A DNA stretch of 61,661 bases, the filler included. It is 7 parts of 7 records of this genome, joined end to end, with 100 filler letters (N's around TTAATTAATTAA, not from the genome) between each part and the next. Parts side by side here need not be neighbours in the genome. Positions count along the whole stretch, not along the records: positions 56,321 to 61,661 come from SRR31156797_22070; 6 more parts are not named here. One strand, written 5' to 3'. The first letter of the stretch is position 1. Each line of letters begins with the position of its first letter. Shown here in pieces: positions 59,777 through 61,661 of this stretch. The notes under the pieces are model-generated. The model saw only the letters and a program-made list of their open reading frames with translations. It searched no databases and was not told where the DNA came from. A program made the translations under genes and the position numbers.

Positions 59777-60499
59777 ATGGAGTCTTTTTTTATGCCTTAT
59801 GAAATAATTATATTCGCTTTTCTTGCAGGTTCTACTGTTTTTATTGGTGGAATTCTTTCTTACTTCTTTGAAAAAACTGTTTTAAATAGAAAAATAAAAA
59901 TTGAAATAGTTCATTTTGCCACAGCTTTTGCAACAGGAATTATGCTTGCTGCTGTTGCTTTTGTATTGGTTCCTAAAGGAATGCATAGTTTAAGTATAGG
60001 TTTTAGTATTTTAATCTTTTTACTTGGAGCTATTGTTTTTTATTTTTTAGATGATTATATTCATAAAAATAAAACTTCAATTCCTCAGTTTCTTTCTATG
60101 CTTTTAGATTTTATTCCTGAATCAATTGCCTTAGGAGCAGTGTTTATTTATGATTATAATACGGGTATCTTATTAGCTATATTTATTGCTTGTCAAAATC
60201 TACCTGAAGCTTTTACTTCTTACATAGAGTTAAGGTCTTCTGCTTTTTCAAAGTCTAAAGCTTTAACTATGTTATTTGTACTAAGTTTTACTGGTGTAGT
60301 ATTCTCCTTAGTTGGTTTTTATCTTTTAAAGGACAATACAGAACTTACTTCTTCTTTGATGTTATTTGCAGCAGGTGGAATCTTATATTTAATCTTTGAA
60401 GATATAGCTCCATCAATGAAGTTAAAAAATAGTAGATTTATAGCTTTTGGAGTTAATTTAGGCTTTTTAGTGGGTATGTTAGGTGAAGCACTTTTATAG
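59777..60499 (+). CDS. ZIP-family divalent metal transporter
   Basis: GIMLAAV, DFIPESIALG, QNLPEAF, AAGGILY. Confidence 0.85.
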   Translation: MESFFMPYEIIIFAFLAGSTVFIGGILSYFFEKTVLNRKIKIEIVHFATAFATGIMLAAVAFVLVPKGMHSLSIGFSILIFLLGAIVFYFLDDYIHKNKTSIPQFLSMLLDFIPESIALGAVFIYDYNTGILLAIFIACQNLPEAFTSYIELRSSAFSKSKALTMLFVLSFTGVVFSLVGFYLLKDNTELTSSLMLFAAGGILYLIFEDIAPSMKLKNSRFIAFGVNLGFLVGMLGEALL

Positions 60500-60513
60500 T
60501 GCTTCAAATTGTT

Positions 60514-61661
60514 TTATCTAAGTGAAATGAACTCTTCAGAAGGTTTTCCAATATGATAACCTTGACAGTAATCTATATCTAGTTCATCTAAAGTTTCAAC
60601 TATCTCTTGACTTTCTACAAACTCTGCAATTGTTTGTACATTTAACTCTTTTGCTAGGGTAACAATAGAGTTAACAAAGGCTTTATCTTTTTCATCTTTA
60701 TTGATATTTATAATAAAATCACCATCAATTTTTAAATAATCAATAGGGAATTTCTTTATATAGTGGAATGATGAAAAACCAGAACCAAAGTCATCAATAG
60801 CAAACTTGAATCCTTCTAGTTTTAGGTTATGTACAAACTTTTCAAGTAAAGAGAAGTTTTTAACTGTTTCTCTCTCTGTAATTTCAAATACAATTTTTTC
60901 TTTGTCAATATTATATTTGTTTACTAAACTATTAATTTGATTTATAAAGTCATTTACTATTAGAGATTTAGGTGAAAGGTTGATAAATAAAACACCTTCA
61001 TATTTAGTTGTTTGTATTTTTTCAAAGGCTTTTTCTATAACCATTAAATCCATTTTATTGATTAAACCTCTAGCTTCAGCAATCTCAATAAACTCAAAGG
61101 CAGAGAATACTTTATCATCATGCTTGATTCTCATAAGAAGTTCATGAATAACAAGGTTGTTATCATTGCTTAGTCCTGGTTTAATAGGTTGGAAATATGG
61201 ATAGATTTCATTGTTTTCAATAGCAGAAATAAGCAGTGCTGATTTCTCTTGGTTTATTTTTAAAATTTCTGATACATTTTGTTTTGTAGGAAGTTTGATT
61301 GAGTTTTTACCTTCATCTTTTGCTTCATACATCATATGGTCAGCAATAATAAACATCTCTTTTTGAGACGTTGTATGCTCTGGATATACTGAAATACCAA
61401 TAGAAATTGTAATTCCTACATATGTATCATCTGGAGCAAGAAGTTTTTCATTTTCAATTCTTTGAGAAATTCTTTGGGCAACTGTGTGAGCACCGTTTGC
61501 ATCACACTCTGGTAAGATAATAGTAAATTCATCTCCACCATATCTTGCAACAATATCTTCATCTCTTTTTTCTTCTTCTAAGATATCAGCAATTGTTTGA
61601 AGGAATTTATCTCCAAATGCATGTCCAAAGTTATCATTTATAGGTTTAAAGTTATCACAAT
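60514..61661 (-). CDS. GGDEF-EAL protein (5'-truncated at window edge)
   Basis: Frame is open upstream of the ORF-track start 61356 and reads DNFKPINDNFGHAFGD..RDEDIVARYGGDEF; EAL domain with ELLMR, DDFGSGFSS, AEFVE. Confidence 0.93.
   Translation of the reverse strand, partial: CDNFKPINDNFGHAFGDKFLQTIADILEEEKRDEDIVARYGGDEFTIILPECDANGAHTVAQRISQRIENEKLLAPDDTYVGITISIGISVYPEHTTSQKEMFIIADHMMYEAKDEGKNSIKLPTKQNVSEILKINQEKSALLISAIENNEIYPYFQPIKPGLSNDNNLVIHELLMRIKHDDKVFSAFEFIEIAEARGLINKMDLMVIEKAFEKIQTTKYEGVLFINLSPKSLIVNDFINQINSLVNKYNIDKEKIVFEITERETVKNFSLLEKFVHNLKLEGFKFAIDDFGSGFSSFHYIKKFPIDYLKIDGDFIININKDEKDKAFVNSIVTLAKELNVQTIAEFVESQEIVETLDELDIDYCQGYHIGKPSEEFISLR

Noticed and set aside
38118-59777. 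Cross-segment metal-resistance island (CusB/HMA with ZIP) or RNase H pairing
   Set aside because: The genes lie on different contigs separated by synthetic spacers.

Overview
The window is not one locus. It is seven unrelated contig fragments joined by identical 100-bp synthetic spacers (44 N + TTAATTAATTAA + 44 N). Taxonomic labels below are inferred from gene order, motifs and visual base composition, not from database searches. (1) 1-11837, GC-rich, spirochaete-like: hprK-HPr-DUF4390-like-ntrY/ntrX-like-lexA-holA, a degenerate-GGDEF/EAL protein, rlmE, a polyprenyl synthase, a GH13-like protein and a rhomboid. (2) 11938-20816, AT-rich Bacteroidota: dpp7, rnhB, glutaminyl-cyclase-like M28 lipoprotein, cysS, GAF histidine kinase, ald-like gene, hisB end. 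(3) 20917-33977, Desulfobacterota-like: tRNA 3' end-secE-nusG-rplKAJL-rpoBC-rpsLG-fusA. (4) 34078-39940, Bacteroidota: peroxiredoxin, FRG protein, DUF4382 lipoprotein, metal-efflux genes. (5) 40041-50359, Desulfobacterota-like: folE2, nfnAB, a TetR + CmpB/HD fusion + 1504-aa PlsA/Ger-type activase-reductase cassette, fhs. (6) 50460-56220, uncertain phylum: octaheme cytochrome c-TPR lipoprotein, DUF1015, serA-like gene. (7) 56321-61661, Arcobacter-like: sfsA, RNase HI, Gre factor, methyltransferase, OFA-MFS, ZIP, GGDEF-EAL. Three leads stand out. First, an unannotated ~195-nt multibranch structured RNA candidate with its own sigma70-like promoter and U-tract between rlmE and the prenyl synthase (8316-8512). 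Second, a TetR-linked ether-lipid/plasmalogen-synthase-like cassette that carries a membrane-anchored HD hydrolase (43001-49291). Third, an intergenic array of hairpins sharing a covarying tandem-GA motif (54838-55072). No CRISPR array, rRNA or transposase was seen.
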